Source of the DNA: Patescibacteria group bacterium | GTDB taxonomy: Bacteria > Patescibacteriota > Patescibacteriia > UBA2591 > UBA4787 | Length of the DNA stretch: 64,000 nt | Direction of reading: 5' to 3' | Assembly: GCA_028715115.1 (NCBI GenBank) | Contig: JAQUSN010000001.1 | Span: 3,314 to 67,313 of the forward strand | Position numbers and translations under genes: made by a program | The notes under the pieces: model-generated | Told to the model about the DNA's origin: nothing | Database searches by the model: none | The model's input: only the letters and a program-made list of their open reading frames with translations | Shown here: piece after piece, positions 27,264-35,637 of the stretch | Layout: every line of letters begins with the position of its first letter | How positions within the stretch are numbered: the first letter of the stretch is position 1

Positions 27264-27881
27264 TTATTCCGCTACAATATCATCAAAAATTATCGGAATT
27301 CTTTTTTTAAATTCAGCCAGAAGCGGAATGATAATTTCTCTCATTTGTGGGTGAGCCGCGGCAGACGTTCTTAGTTTGAAAAAATGCCGCCATTCACGTA
27401 AATTGAAGGTGGTGACGATTTCAGTTTTCAAGGAGTTCGGCAAAACACTGCGCGCTTCTTGCGGCGTCGCCCCCAGCTCGATCAATTTATTGTAGGCTTG
27501 TTCTGTATCTTCCATGGCCTTCTGCCAAGCTGCGTACTTCTCAGGGTTGCCAGCGAAGAAAAACGGCTCGATAACCTGAATGCTGCCTTTTTTATGGTAA
27601 TCACAATAGCGAGTTGACTCCTGAGAATAAGAAGCGAGGCGATGGCGGACTAATTCATGCGTCACGCCGCGATCGCAGATCAATCGCACCGTAACTTTCT
27701 CGTGCTCAATCACGCTCTCGTGCCCGCGTTTCAAAATATTAGCAATTAATTTTTCGGCCGACCCTTCGCAGATTTTGTCTTCGCTTTTATAACAGGTTCT
27801 AGCGTATTTTTCTAAATTTTTAAGAATTTTTTTACCATCAACTTCGTCTTCTATTATAAAGCTCGGCTTAATAACTTGCAT
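27264..27881 (-). CDS. thyX: flavin-dependent thymidylate synthase
   Basis: ThyX motif RHRLASYSQESTRY. 205 aa. Confidence 0.85.
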   Translation of the reverse strand: MQVIKPSFIIEDEVDGKKILKNLEKYARTCYKSEDKICEGSAEKLIANILKRGHESVIEHEKVTVRLICDRGVTHELVRHRLASYSQESTRYCDYHKKGSIQVIEPFFFAGNPEKYAAWQKAMEDTEQAYNKLIELGATPQEARSVLPNSLKTEIVTTFNLREWRHFFKLRTSAAAHPQMREIIIPLLAEFKKRIPIIFDDIVAE

Positions 27882-27895
27882 AAATTTTATTTAAA

Positions 27896-28702
27896 ATGGT
27901 TAAATTACTTCTCGGAAAACCCGGCGCTGACAAAGTCCTCTCTTCTGTTAAGAGAAAGATTTCTCATAACCGGAAACGACCATGCCTAAGCGCGATTTTG
28001 GTCGGCCACGACAAGGCCTCTCTCACTTATGTTAGAATAAAAGAAAGAGCTTGTCAAAGGGTGGGTATTGATTTTAAAAAATATTTATTGCCCGAAAATA
28101 TCTCGGAAAGTAAAATTGCCAAATTGATTAAAAAAATCAATAATGATAAGCGTATTAACGGCCTCATTATTCAATTGCCTCTACCGCGGCACCTTAATCA
28201 AGAAAAAATTACCAGACTGGTTTCGCCGGAAAAAGATGTTGATGGCTTTGTTGTTGGTACCCAATTTGTTTCACCGGTTTACCAGGGTATAATTTTTCTA
28301 ATTAAACAATCCGGATTAAAATTAAAAAACAAAAAGGCAGTTATTCTGTCTAATAGTTATACTTTCGCCGACCCGCTGGCTAAAATTCTTTTGAAGAAAA
28401 AAGTTTCAACCGATATCATTGTCGTTAAAAAACTAAATCCTGGTGATAAAAAAATTATCAAAAAAGCTGACATTATTATTAGCGCCTTGGGCAGGTCCCA
28501 TTTTATAAAACCAAATTTAATTAAAAATAAATCTTTAATCATCGACATAGGCTTTAGTCACTCGCACGGTAAGCTCTGTGGCGACGCCAGTCCGTTCTGC
28601 CAAATGAAAGCCGGTTTTGTCTCGCCCGTTCCCGGCGGCATTGGTCCGCTAACCGTGGCGTTTTTATTAAAAAATTTAACGACGCCCTCTAAAACTAAAT
28701 AA
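27896..28702 (+). CDS. folD: bifunctional methylenetetrahydrofolate dehydrogenase/cyclohydrolase
   Basis: FolD-like throughout (LSAILVGHDKASLTYVRIKERAC, GGIGPLTVAFLLKNL). Confidence 0.85.
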   Translation: MVKLLLGKPGADKVLSSVKRKISHNRKRPCLSAILVGHDKASLTYVRIKERACQRVGIDFKKYLLPENISESKIAKLIKKINNDKRINGLIIQLPLPRHLNQEKITRLVSPEKDVDGFVVGTQFVSPVYQGIIFLIKQSGLKLKNKKAVILSNSYTFADPLAKILLKKKVSTDIIVVKKLNPGDKKIIKKADIIISALGRSHFIKPNLIKNKSLIIDIGFSHSHGKLCGDASPFCQMKAGFVSPVPGGIGPLTVAFLLKNLTTPSKTK

Positions 28703-28822
28703 AGGGCGGGGTCCTTCGAAGCTCTTATATTTAAAAAATAATTAATAAAACTCTCTTTGCTGGATACCTAAATTTAAATCCATAAAATCATCCAGCGAAG
28801 GAGGATTTCTTAAAATTTTTTT

Positions 28823-29698
28823 ATGAACAATATCGAATCTAGCCTTGATCCATCTTCATCCGTACCAACAAACAATCCAGAGTCGGAACAAAAAAAGCAG
28901 ACAAAAGAATACGAACAAGAATCCCGGCCAGATAATAGTTTTTTGATGGTTTTTGAACAACGATTTAACCTTTCAGAAAAAGTTTTAAAATTAATTCCTC
29001 CCTTTATCACCAACCGTACCCTGATGCATACTGGCTTTATTGCCGCATGTTTAACGGGTCTTTCTTTTTTTCTAACCACTTTTAACAAAACCTGGTTTCT
29101 ATCTGCGGCTTTCTTTTTACTAGTATTTCTTTTTTGCGATCGTTATGACGGACGAATTGCCCGCGCCAAAGGGGTTATTAGTAAGCGCGGCTACTTTGCT
29201 GACCATATGTTTGACGGTCTCTCCTTGTTTATTTTTTTCGTCGGCTTGGGTTTTTCGCCAGGTATGCGCTTATCAATAGCCCTCGGTATTGTTTTGTTTT
29301 ATTATATTTTGGCTATTAATACTTTTTTGATGACCTATATTACCGGAACGTTTGCCACTACTTATTATCGGTTCAGCCCGGCTGAAGCAATTTTAATTTT
29401 AGTTATAGTTTGCGTTATCAGCTTCCTTTTGCCCTACCCCTACATAGTTTTTCAAACAAATATCCGCGGATTAGAAGAAGTAACCCTCTTGGACTTGTTG
29501 GGAACTATTTTTATGATACTTTTTGCCGCCTTGGCGATCAGCGCTACGATAAAAAACTTTTTCTTCGTGGAAAGGTTTGAAAAGCGTTATCCAGCTGACA
29601 CGATTTGGATGTATTTGCGCAAAAGACAATTAGTAAAAAACGAATATGTTGATCAAATTCTCGACGATTTAGATAAACTATTCAATAATAAAAAATAA
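28823..29698 (+). CDS. CDP-alcohol phosphatidyltransferase family membrane protein with an N-terminal polar extension
   Basis: Motif DRYDGRIARAKGVISKRGYFADHMFDGLS (D-G-x2-A-R-x8-G-x3-D-x3-D). Multiple TM helices. Confidence 0.7.
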   Translation: MNNIESSLDPSSSVPTNNPESEQKKQTKEYEQESRPDNSFLMVFEQRFNLSEKVLKLIPPFITNRTLMHTGFIAACLTGLSFFLTTFNKTWFLSAAFFLLVFLFCDRYDGRIARAKGVISKRGYFADHMFDGLSLFIFFVGLGFSPGMRLSIALGIVLFYYILAINTFLMTYITGTFATTYYRFSPAEAILILVIVCVISFLLPYPYIVFQTNIRGLEEVTLLDLLGTIFMILFAALAISATIKNFFFVERFEKRYPADTIWMYLRKRQLVKNEYVDQILDDLDKLFNNKK

Positions 29699-29699
29699 T

Positions 29700-30584
29700 A
29701 TGGCTTATGGCGACGCTAATTTAGAAAAACCAAAAGAAGAAATTATTATATCCGATCCGGAAAGATTAGCTGAATTAGAGCAAGCGCTAATAAAAGGCGG
29801 GCCACAAAACCTGCACATTCTTTCTGACTTTGACAGAACCTTAACAAAGGCTTTTATTGATGGGCAATATATTCCATCGTTAATTTCTGTTTTACGAGAC
29901 CATGGCTATCTAACTCCTGATTATCCGGAACAAGCCCATGCGCTCTTTAATAAATATCATGCCATTGAGCTTGATCCCAAGGTTTCTTTAGCTGATAAAA
30001 AAAGAGCTATGCTTGAATGGTGGACGGCTCATTTTGATTTGTTGATTAGATCGGGATTAAACAAAAAAGACCTAAGCGACGTAGTCGAATCTAACCAAAT
30101 TGTTTTGCGGGATGGATTTAAGGAATTTAGCGAACTTCTAAAAGCGCAAAATATTCCATTAGTCGTGCTCTCTTCGAGCGGATTGGGCGGTGAAATTATT
30201 GCTATGCTTTTGGCTAAAGCCGGAGCATTATCAAGCAACGTGCACATTGTTTCCAATGAATTTGAATGGGATGCCGAGGGCAAGGCGATTGGCGTTAAAA
30301 AGCCCATAATCCACTCGATGAATAAAGATGAAGCTGCACTTAAAGATTTCTCGTTTTTTAAAGATATAAAAGACAGAAAAAACGTACTGCTAATGGGTGA
30401 CAATTTGGAAGATACGGCTATGATCACCGGCTTTAGTTATGATAATTTAGTCAGAATCGGATTTATGAACGAAAGAACTAAAGAAAATTTAGAACATTAT
30501 CAACAAAAATATGAGGTGGTAGTTTTAAATGACGGCTCGCTGGCTTATGTGAATGATTTGCTGAAAAAAATTAATCAGAGTTAA
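29700..30584 (+). CDS. HAD-superfamily hydrolase, pyrimidine 5'-nucleotidase (UMPH-1)-like
   Basis: Motif I DFDRTLT. 294 aa. Confidence 0.55.
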   Translation: MAYGDANLEKPKEEIIISDPERLAELEQALIKGGPQNLHILSDFDRTLTKAFIDGQYIPSLISVLRDHGYLTPDYPEQAHALFNKYHAIELDPKVSLADKKRAMLEWWTAHFDLLIRSGLNKKDLSDVVESNQIVLRDGFKEFSELLKAQNIPLVVLSSSGLGGEIIAMLLAKAGALSSNVHIVSNEFEWDAEGKAIGVKKPIIHSMNKDEAALKDFSFFKDIKDRKNVLLMGDNLEDTAMITGFSYDNLVRIGFMNERTKENLEHYQQKYEVVVLNDGSLAYVNDLLKKINQS

Positions 30585-30597
30585 AAAAAACAAAAAA

Positions 30598-30636
30598 TCG
30601 CGAAGCTAAAACTCGCGATTTTTTTATTTTAGTTTA
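30598..30636. terminator. bidirectional intrinsic terminator between convergent genes
   Basis: AAAAAATCGCGAAG-CTAAAA-CTCGCGATTTTTTTATTTT. A tract before and T tract after. Confidence 0.5.
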
Positions 30637-30733
30637 CCCCATCAGAGATTTAAGCAAATGAGATTTAAGAAATAAAAAATATGATAAAATTTGTCTAACA
30701 TTTCTTTATTCTAATTAAGATAATCTCTAAGGG
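30621..30733. repeat. 19-bp imperfect inverted repeat (AGTTTACCCCATCAGAGATT / AATCTCTAAGGGGTAAACT) flanking about 70 nt of AT-rich DNA
   Basis: Arms at 30621-30640 and 30711-30733. MITE-like, or a long stem-loop. Confidence 0.35.
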
Positions 30734-30738
30734 GTAAA

Positions 30739-31206
30739 CTATCTTGATTCGATTATTTTATACAGCGCGATAGCCGCAGCCGTAGAAACATTAAGCGATT
30801 CTTTAATACCAGCCATGGGTAATTCGATTATTTTATCAGCGCGTTTTAATAAACCCTTAGAAACACCATTAACTTCGTTGCCAATAATCAGGGCCAGAGG
30901 AAATTTTGGTTTAAATTTTAAATAAGAAATGCTTTTGGGTGTCTGCTCCAGAGCTACAATTTGATAGCCCTGTTTTTTTAATTTATCGACTTCGCGCCAA
31001 ATCGACCAATAATGTTCGAAAGGCACGCTTTTTTCCGCCCCCAAAGAAACCTTATCGATTTTGGGCTGCGGCGGCCTGCCAGTAATGCCACCCAAATAAA
31101 TCTCATCTACTCCGGCACCGTCAGCTAAGCGAAACATCGAGCCGACGTTAAACAAACTTCTGATATTATCCAAGATTAAAACTAATTTTTTATCTTTCTT
31201 CGCCAC
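30739..31206 (-). CDS. SpoU/TrmH-family RNA 2'-O-methyltransferase (TrmL-like)
   Basis: 155 aa. LVLILDNIRSLFNVGSMFRLADGAGV. Confidence 0.8.
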   Translation of the reverse strand: MAKKDKKLVLILDNIRSLFNVGSMFRLADGAGVDEIYLGGITGRPPQPKIDKVSLGAEKSVPFEHYWSIWREVDKLKKQGYQIVALEQTPKSISYLKFKPKFPLALIIGNEVNGVSKGLLKRADKIIELPMAGIKESLNVSTAAAIALYKIIESR

Positions 31207-31224
31207 TATCTTTAAATAAAATAT

Positions 31225-31521
31225 TTAATGTATCATCTGCTTAAGTCTCTCGGCTTCTTGCTCGACCACTGCACCGCTATATTCTCCATTGTGGGCATGC
31301 GCGCCGTCATAAGACGGTTTTTTTTGGTCTAAATGTAGATTATAAATTATCTGATCGGCCTTCTGTTCGATATAAATATGAAATCGCGGATAAAAAAATC
31401 CGCGCAGACGACGAACAAAACTGGTTTGGTGGCTTATCGGATCTTTAAATTCAGCATAACCGCAGCGCTTCAATTTAACTATCGCTTCGGCCAAACTTAG
31501 ATTTTTAAAAATAATTTTCAT
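31225..31521 (-). CDS. hypothetical protein
   Basis: About 98 aa from the internal Met MKIIFKN. The longer ORF overlaps the upstream gene. Confidence 0.4.
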   Translation of the reverse strand: MKIIFKNLSLAEAIVKLKRCGYAEFKDPISHQTSFVRRLRGFFYPRFHIYIEQKADQIIYNLHLDQKKPSYDGAHAHNGEYSGAVVEQEAERLKQMIH

Positions 31522-31523
31522 GA

Positions 31524-32480
31524 TTATTTTTTTGCTTTTTTGAATCGTTCGACGCGAATCAAGCCGGAACAAGAAATGATTTTTATGCCTTGTTTAGCTA
31601 ATTCATCTAAGAATAAATTCATGCCCAAGGAATCCGAAGCCATATGGCCAGCCACCACCACGTTAATATGCGCTTTTTCCGCTTCCTTACGGTGCTCTTC
31701 GCTCATGTGCATGGCTACTACCGTGCCAATGCCGACTTGGGCTAACTTTTCAAATATTAGCGGTGAGCCCTCGGTACCACCGGTTAATTCAGTTAAGGCT
31801 ATTTTACCGCAATGATTTTCCGGACGGCCGGAAAAAAGACGCGGACCAGCATTAAGTTTAATCGCCTCTTTGTACTCGGGAATGCTTTTCAAGAGTTTTA
31901 ATAAATCTTCGACATATTCTGGCTTTTCTTTTTTAATCATCTTATCTAAAAATGAAGCGACGAAATTGTCGGCCGGAGTATGTACGCACATTAAATTCAT
32001 TTTCAATAACTTAGCTGCATCAACCACTTCGTTATGATTAGCCGGAGACAGCTTACGGCTCACCTCGTCAATTCTAATTTTGACTAAATTTTCGGCGATA
32101 TTAATCGGCACACCATACATACTTAAAACATCGGCCTGTAAATGCATCACATCGTCTAATCCGGCTAAGCCAATCCCCTCAGGGTGATGGGCTAAAACTA
32201 AATCAACACCACCCAATTTATCGGCTAATAATAATTCTCCCACGCCAATATCCACACCAGTAAGAATCTTTTTTATTTGTTTTTTATCGTCAACCAAAAC
32301 CCGAGTATCAGAAAAAGGATTAATCAATCTTTCTTTGTCGAACTCCTCTTTTTGATCTTTTGATAACTCTTCATATTTTTTCTTTAAATGGGTCAACATT
32401 TTGCTAACCGTGGCTTTTCCGCGTAAGTCGGCTTCAGTGCCTAGTTTAATGGCTAATTGATAAATTTGTTGCGCGTTCAT
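31524..32480 (-). CDS. Nif3-like dinuclear metal centre protein (putative)
   Basis: 318 aa. HHP and GH...E-type motifs (VLAHHPEG, VVAGHMASDSLG). Confidence 0.5.
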   Translation of the reverse strand: MNAQQIYQLAIKLGTEADLRGKATVSKMLTHLKKKYEELSKDQKEEFDKERLINPFSDTRVLVDDKKQIKKILTGVDIGVGELLLADKLGGVDLVLAHHPEGIGLAGLDDVMHLQADVLSMYGVPINIAENLVKIRIDEVSRKLSPANHNEVVDAAKLLKMNLMCVHTPADNFVASFLDKMIKKEKPEYVEDLLKLLKSIPEYKEAIKLNAGPRLFSGRPENHCGKIALTELTGGTEGSPLIFEKLAQVGIGTVVAMHMSEEHRKEAEKAHINVVVAGHMASDSLGMNLFLDELAKQGIKIISCSGLIRVERFKKAKK

Positions 32481-32550
32481 AGGGTTATAATTATGGAGTT
32501 AATTTCTCTAGTTTAACAAAATATAGATAAAAATCAAGACTTTCTAGGGG

Positions 32551-32578
32551 TTGACTTTTAACCAAAATATGCTATAAT
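32551..32578 (+). promoter_or_regulatory. consensus-like promoter TTGACT-16-TATAAT of GC-rich cassette 3
   Basis: ttgacttttaaccaaaatatgctataat. AAGGAGG at 32593-32599. Confidence 0.5.
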
Positions 32579-32603
32579 TTAAAAACAAACTAAGGAGGAA
32601 ATC

Positions 32604-32966
32604 ATGCTGATTGTGATTGTGATCTGGGCCGTCCTGATGCTGGCCTATCCCGTCCTTCCCGTTGTTCTTTCGGGAATCTTACCGCCCCTGGTCTTTCTGA
32701 TCCTGTCCCTGATCTCAAACGAGGACTCTGTGTTCTCGACTCTGTGGACGGTCTTCATCATCTGCGGTATAGTCGGCGCCATCCTGAGCATCTTCTTCGT
32801 CCCGCAAGAGATCTTTTCGGCCAAAGACCCTGTGGTGCTGTATTTCCGGTTCACGAGGATGTGTGGCCTAATCGCCGCCTACGCAGTCACGATTGTCGTG
32901 GCTATTGTGAAAGTCATCAACTTAATCGAGACAAGGGCAAGAGCAAGGGCCGCAACAACCGTCTGA
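32604..32966 (+). CDS. small polytopic membrane protein (120 aa) encoded by high-GC DNA
   Basis: MLIVIVIWAVLMLAYPVLPVVLSGILPPLVFLILSLI... GC3-rich. About 4 TM helices. Confidence 0.55.
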   Translation: MLIVIVIWAVLMLAYPVLPVVLSGILPPLVFLILSLISNEDSVFSTLWTVFIICGIVGAILSIFFVPQEIFSAKDPVVLYFRFTRMCGLIAAYAVTIVVAIVKVINLIETRARARAATTV

Positions 32967-32974
32967 TCAGCAAC

Positions 32975-33012
32975 TGGGGCGCTCGCACATCGCGGGCGCC
33001 TCTGACCGTTTT
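32975..33012 (+). terminator. GC-rich hairpin (GGGCGCTCGCACATCGCGGGCGCC) plus T tract
   Basis: Follows the stop of the 32604 ORF. Followed by TCTGACCGTTTTAG. Confidence 0.45.
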
Positions 33013-33940
33013 AGAAAAATTCTACCAAAAATTCTATATTCTTATCTTGATATTTTTGGTTCATATATTTTTTAATCAGGCCTTCGGCCAATTTGATTAA
33101 TTCATTTTTAACGGCCCGATCAAGCGTCTTCTTGAAACGAATTAAAACTGTCGGGCCGGCCACATTGTCGGGCTCAACTAAAATATCTTTGGTTCGGCTT
33201 ATTTTTTTTAATTGCTGATTTTCTTTATGATTACGGCCGACTACACACAAGACATCTTCATGCCAAAAATTACGGCCCACTTTTAATAATTCCATATCTT
33301 CAATGTCGGCCTGCGGCCATTTATTAAACATTTCTTTGAGCCGCTGACCAAATGCCGGATCAGTTAACAGACATCCGCCGGCTGGCGTCGGATAATCCTC
33401 AAGATTATATTGCTGCGCTAAAGCCATTTGTTTCTGTCGCGAGCGACCGCTGATATCCATTAATTTATCTCTACCAACAATACTCCTGTTTTCGGCAATG
33501 GTCGACGCTAATAATTTAGCCGATAAGGGCCTTAGCAAATAACCTTCGAGGCTCGATTTTTTTTCTAATAATTTTAGAGCGGATTCATTTTGCGAAAACG
33601 GCCGTTCACCTAAAACCTCGCCGGTAGCGACGAAATCAAAGCCCTCCCGCCGCATCATCTCGCCAGCTTTTTTAAGCATCATTAAATGGCAATCAAGGCA
33701 CGGATTCATATTCTTGCCATAACCATATCGCGGATCTTTTACTATTGTTAGATGTTCTGAAGAAATATCAACTACTCGTAAAGGTAAGGAAATTTTAGCG
33801 GCCATTTTTTCTGGTATTGTAGCGTTAAAAAAACAACTGACAAACGTCAGTCCGGTCACCTTTATCGCTTGCTCTTGTAAGAGTTTAACCGCTAAAATCG
33901 AATCAAGCCCGCCAGAAAATAAACAAAGGGCTTTAGCCAT
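33011..33940 (-). CDS. PP-loop (adenine nucleotide alpha hydrolase) ATPase, ThiI/TtuA-like tRNA thiolation enzyme (putative)
   Basis: SGGLDS PP-loop at the N-terminus. Cys motif NPCLDCH. ATGEVLGERPFSQ. Confidence 0.5.
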   Translation of the reverse strand: MAKALCLFSGGLDSILAVKLLQEQAIKVTGLTFVSCFFNATIPEKMAAKISLPLRVVDISSEHLTIVKDPRYGYGKNMNPCLDCHLMMLKKAGEMMRREGFDFVATGEVLGERPFSQNESALKLLEKKSSLEGYLLRPLSAKLLASTIAENRSIVGRDKLMDISGRSRQKQMALAQQYNLEDYPTPAGGCLLTDPAFGQRLKEMFNKWPQADIEDMELLKVGRNFWHEDVLCVVGRNHKENQQLKKISRTKDILVEPDNVAGPTVLIRFKKTLDRAVKNELIKLAEGLIKKYMNQKYQDKNIEFLVEFF

Positions 33941-33960
33941 GAAAATTATTTAATCTTTAT

Positions 33961-34191
33961 TTAATAGTAATATTTTAAAACTAAAGCCATGCTAATTGCG
34001 CCCCAAAATAGAGATAAAATCATCAACCATTTTCCGTCATTTTTAAGTCCTGGTTCCCGCCACAAAGCATAGCCATAAATTAATCCGGCAAAAAATGGAT
34101 TAAGAATAGTAACCAAAAGGCCAACAATTATCCATTTTTGTTTTGACACAACAATCTTGTCCGAGTCTTTATTTCTTACCTCGGTTATCAT
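33961..34191 (-). CDS. small membrane protein
   Basis: Two hydrophobic helices. Start moved to an internal Met to avoid overlap. Confidence 0.4.
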   Translation of the reverse strand: MITEVRNKDSDKIVVSKQKWIIVGLLVTILNPFFAGLIYGYALWREPGLKNDGKWLMILSLFWGAISMALVLKYYY

Positions 34192-34210
34192 AAAAAATAA
34201 TCTACTCAAA

Positions 34211-34468
34211 TTATCCTTCCACTTTAAAAACAATGTCGCCGGGCTTGACCATTTGGTCAACCTTCATGCCTACAGCATCGCCAGCTTTAGCTTCTTCGAT
34301 AGTTTGATGTTCGACCTGCATTGAATCCACAATTTGAGTAAAATCTCGACCACCGCCAACGATGTGAATGGTTTCGCCGGCTTTTAAACTGTCGGTTAAT
34401 TCTAAAACGGCTACGCTGATTTTGGCAAAATAATGCGTTATTTTGCCGATTTGTTTTTCTTCGGCCAT
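34211..34468 (-). CDS. small beta-barrel protein resembling EF-Tu domain 2
   Basis: 85 aa. GKITHYFAKISVAVLELTD...GDAVGMKV pattern. Confidence 0.45.
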   Translation of the reverse strand: MAEEKQIGKITHYFAKISVAVLELTDSLKAGETIHIVGGGRDFTQIVDSMQVEHQTIEEAKAGDAVGMKVDQMVKPGDIVFKVEG

Positions 34469-34580
34469 AAATTTATAACAAACTAATTAATATATAAATT
34501 ATAAAGGGTATCTTGATTCAAAGCAAGCTTTGAAATTATTTGCTTTCCTGATTAAAAAATCGGTTATTATCTGTAGATAA

Positions 34581-35264
34581 TTAAATAACGTATCGACCGC
34601 CCTTGATTTGATCGCCGATAACCATGCCGTGATCTAAGGTAATTACTCGACGTTTTAATAAATTAACAATTTCTCGATTATGACTCACCAGTAAAATAGT
34701 CGTACCGAATTTATTAATTTTTAAAAGCAAATCAATTATATCTCTGGTATTAATGGAGTCGAGATTGCCAGTCGGCTCATCGGCAATTAAAATTTTTGGC
34801 TTATTGGCAATGGCTCGGGCAATAGCTACGCGCTGCGCCTCGCCAGCCGATAATTGATGAGGCCAACGATTGGCCTTACTTTCTACGCCAACAATGCGTA
34901 AAATTTGCGGAACCATAGCTTTTATTTTTTTTTCCGGAGTACCGACTACTTCAAGGGCAAAAGCAACGTTTTCGTAAACGTTTTTTTTGGGCAATAATTT
35001 AAAATCCTGAAAGACCACACCCACCTGACGGCGTAAATATGGTATTTCTTGACTATTAATATCAGTGATATCCCAGCCGCCAATGATGATTTTGCCCTGG
35101 GTGGCCTTTTCTTCGGCAATAAGCAATTTTATAACCGTGGTTTTGCCGGCACCTGATTGGCCAACCAGGGAAACAAACTCGCCCGCCTCAACACTAAAAG
35201 AAACATTACGCAAAGCATGCGTATTTGGCGGATAGAATTTACTAATGTTGATTAATTTAATCAT
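34581..35264 (-). CDS. ABC transporter ATP-binding protein (FtsE/LolD-like)
   Basis: Walker A GQSGAGKTT, signature LSAGEAQRVAIARA, Walker B ILIADEPT. Confidence 0.8.
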   Translation of the reverse strand: MIKLINISKFYPPNTHALRNVSFSVEAGEFVSLVGQSGAGKTTVIKLLIAEEKATQGKIIIGGWDITDINSQEIPYLRRQVGVVFQDFKLLPKKNVYENVAFALEVVGTPEKKIKAMVPQILRIVGVESKANRWPHQLSAGEAQRVAIARAIANKPKILIADEPTGNLDSINTRDIIDLLLKINKFGTTILLVSHNREIVNLLKRRVITLDHGMVIGDQIKGGRYVI

Positions 35265-35276
35265 TTAATTTTTTTC

Positions 35277-35332
35277 TGGAGCCGAGGGTGAGGATCGAAC
35301 TCACGACCTATGGTTTACGATACCGTTGCCCC
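35277..35332 (-). pseudogene. 3' remnant of a tRNA-Thr-like gene (D-stem 3' side through CCA, anticodon CGU)
   Basis: rc = GGGGCAACGGTATCGTAAACCATAGGTCGTGAGTTCGATCCTCACCCTCGGCTCCA. Its acceptor 3' strand CCTCGGC matches the isolated 5' fragment GCCGAGGTAGCTC at 35625-35637. Confidence 0.5.
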
Positions 35333-35347
35333 GCCTGCCATCGCCCT

Positions 35348-35420
35348 AGCCCGCGGTCGGAATCGAACCGACAACCTACGGTTTACGATACCGTTGCTCT
35401 ACCAGTTGAGCTACACGGGC
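35348..35420 (-). tRNA. tRNA-Thr (anticodon CGU)
   Basis: rc = GCCCGTGTAGCTCAACTGGTAGAGCAACGGTATCGTAAACCGTAGGTTGTCGGTTCGATTCCGACCGCGGGCT. 7-bp acceptor, loop ATCGTAA. Flanked by GGCGATGGCAGGCGGGG (35329-35346) and CCTGCCCGCCATAG (35426-35439). Confidence 0.85.
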
Positions 35421-35444
35421 TCAGGCTATGGCGGGCAGGTCTAC

Positions 35445-35528
35445 CCTACTTCGAGCTTATTAATTAAGCTCGAACGGGCCGTCCAGTTTTTTTCAAAAAC
35501 TGGAATAGGCCAATTGAGCTATCTGGGC
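35445..35528. repeat. conserved double-hairpin repeat (TTCGAGCTTA-N-TAAGCTCGAA, CGGGCCGT, CCAGTTTTT-N3-AAAAACTGG, AATAGG) fused to a 19-nt tRNA 5' fragment (GCCCAGATAGCTCAATTGG on the minus strand)
   Basis: About 80% identical to 41280-41358. The hairpin core is also at 40671-40690. Confidence 0.7.
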
Positions 35529-35624
35529 AAAAGTGGCGGGGCAAGGCTGCCCCGACGTTTTAGTCGGTCCGATGACTCCGACGAGTATCGGACTCCGTCG
35601 GAGGACTCCGACTGTAACGTCGGA

Positions 35625-35637
35625 GAGCTACCTCGGC
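35625..35637 (-). pseudogene. isolated tRNA 5' fragment GCCGAGGTAGCTC (identical to nt 1-13 of tRNA-Thr(UGU) at 40605-40617, plus 2 nt of its upstream flank)
   Basis: rc of gagctacctcggc. Followed on the minus strand by hairpin-rich sequence homologous to 40690-40760. Confidence 0.5.

Noticed and set aside
28810-29088. Minus-strand 92-aa ORF
   Set aside because: Antisense to the N-terminus of the CDP-alcohol phosphatidyltransferase gene. No support.
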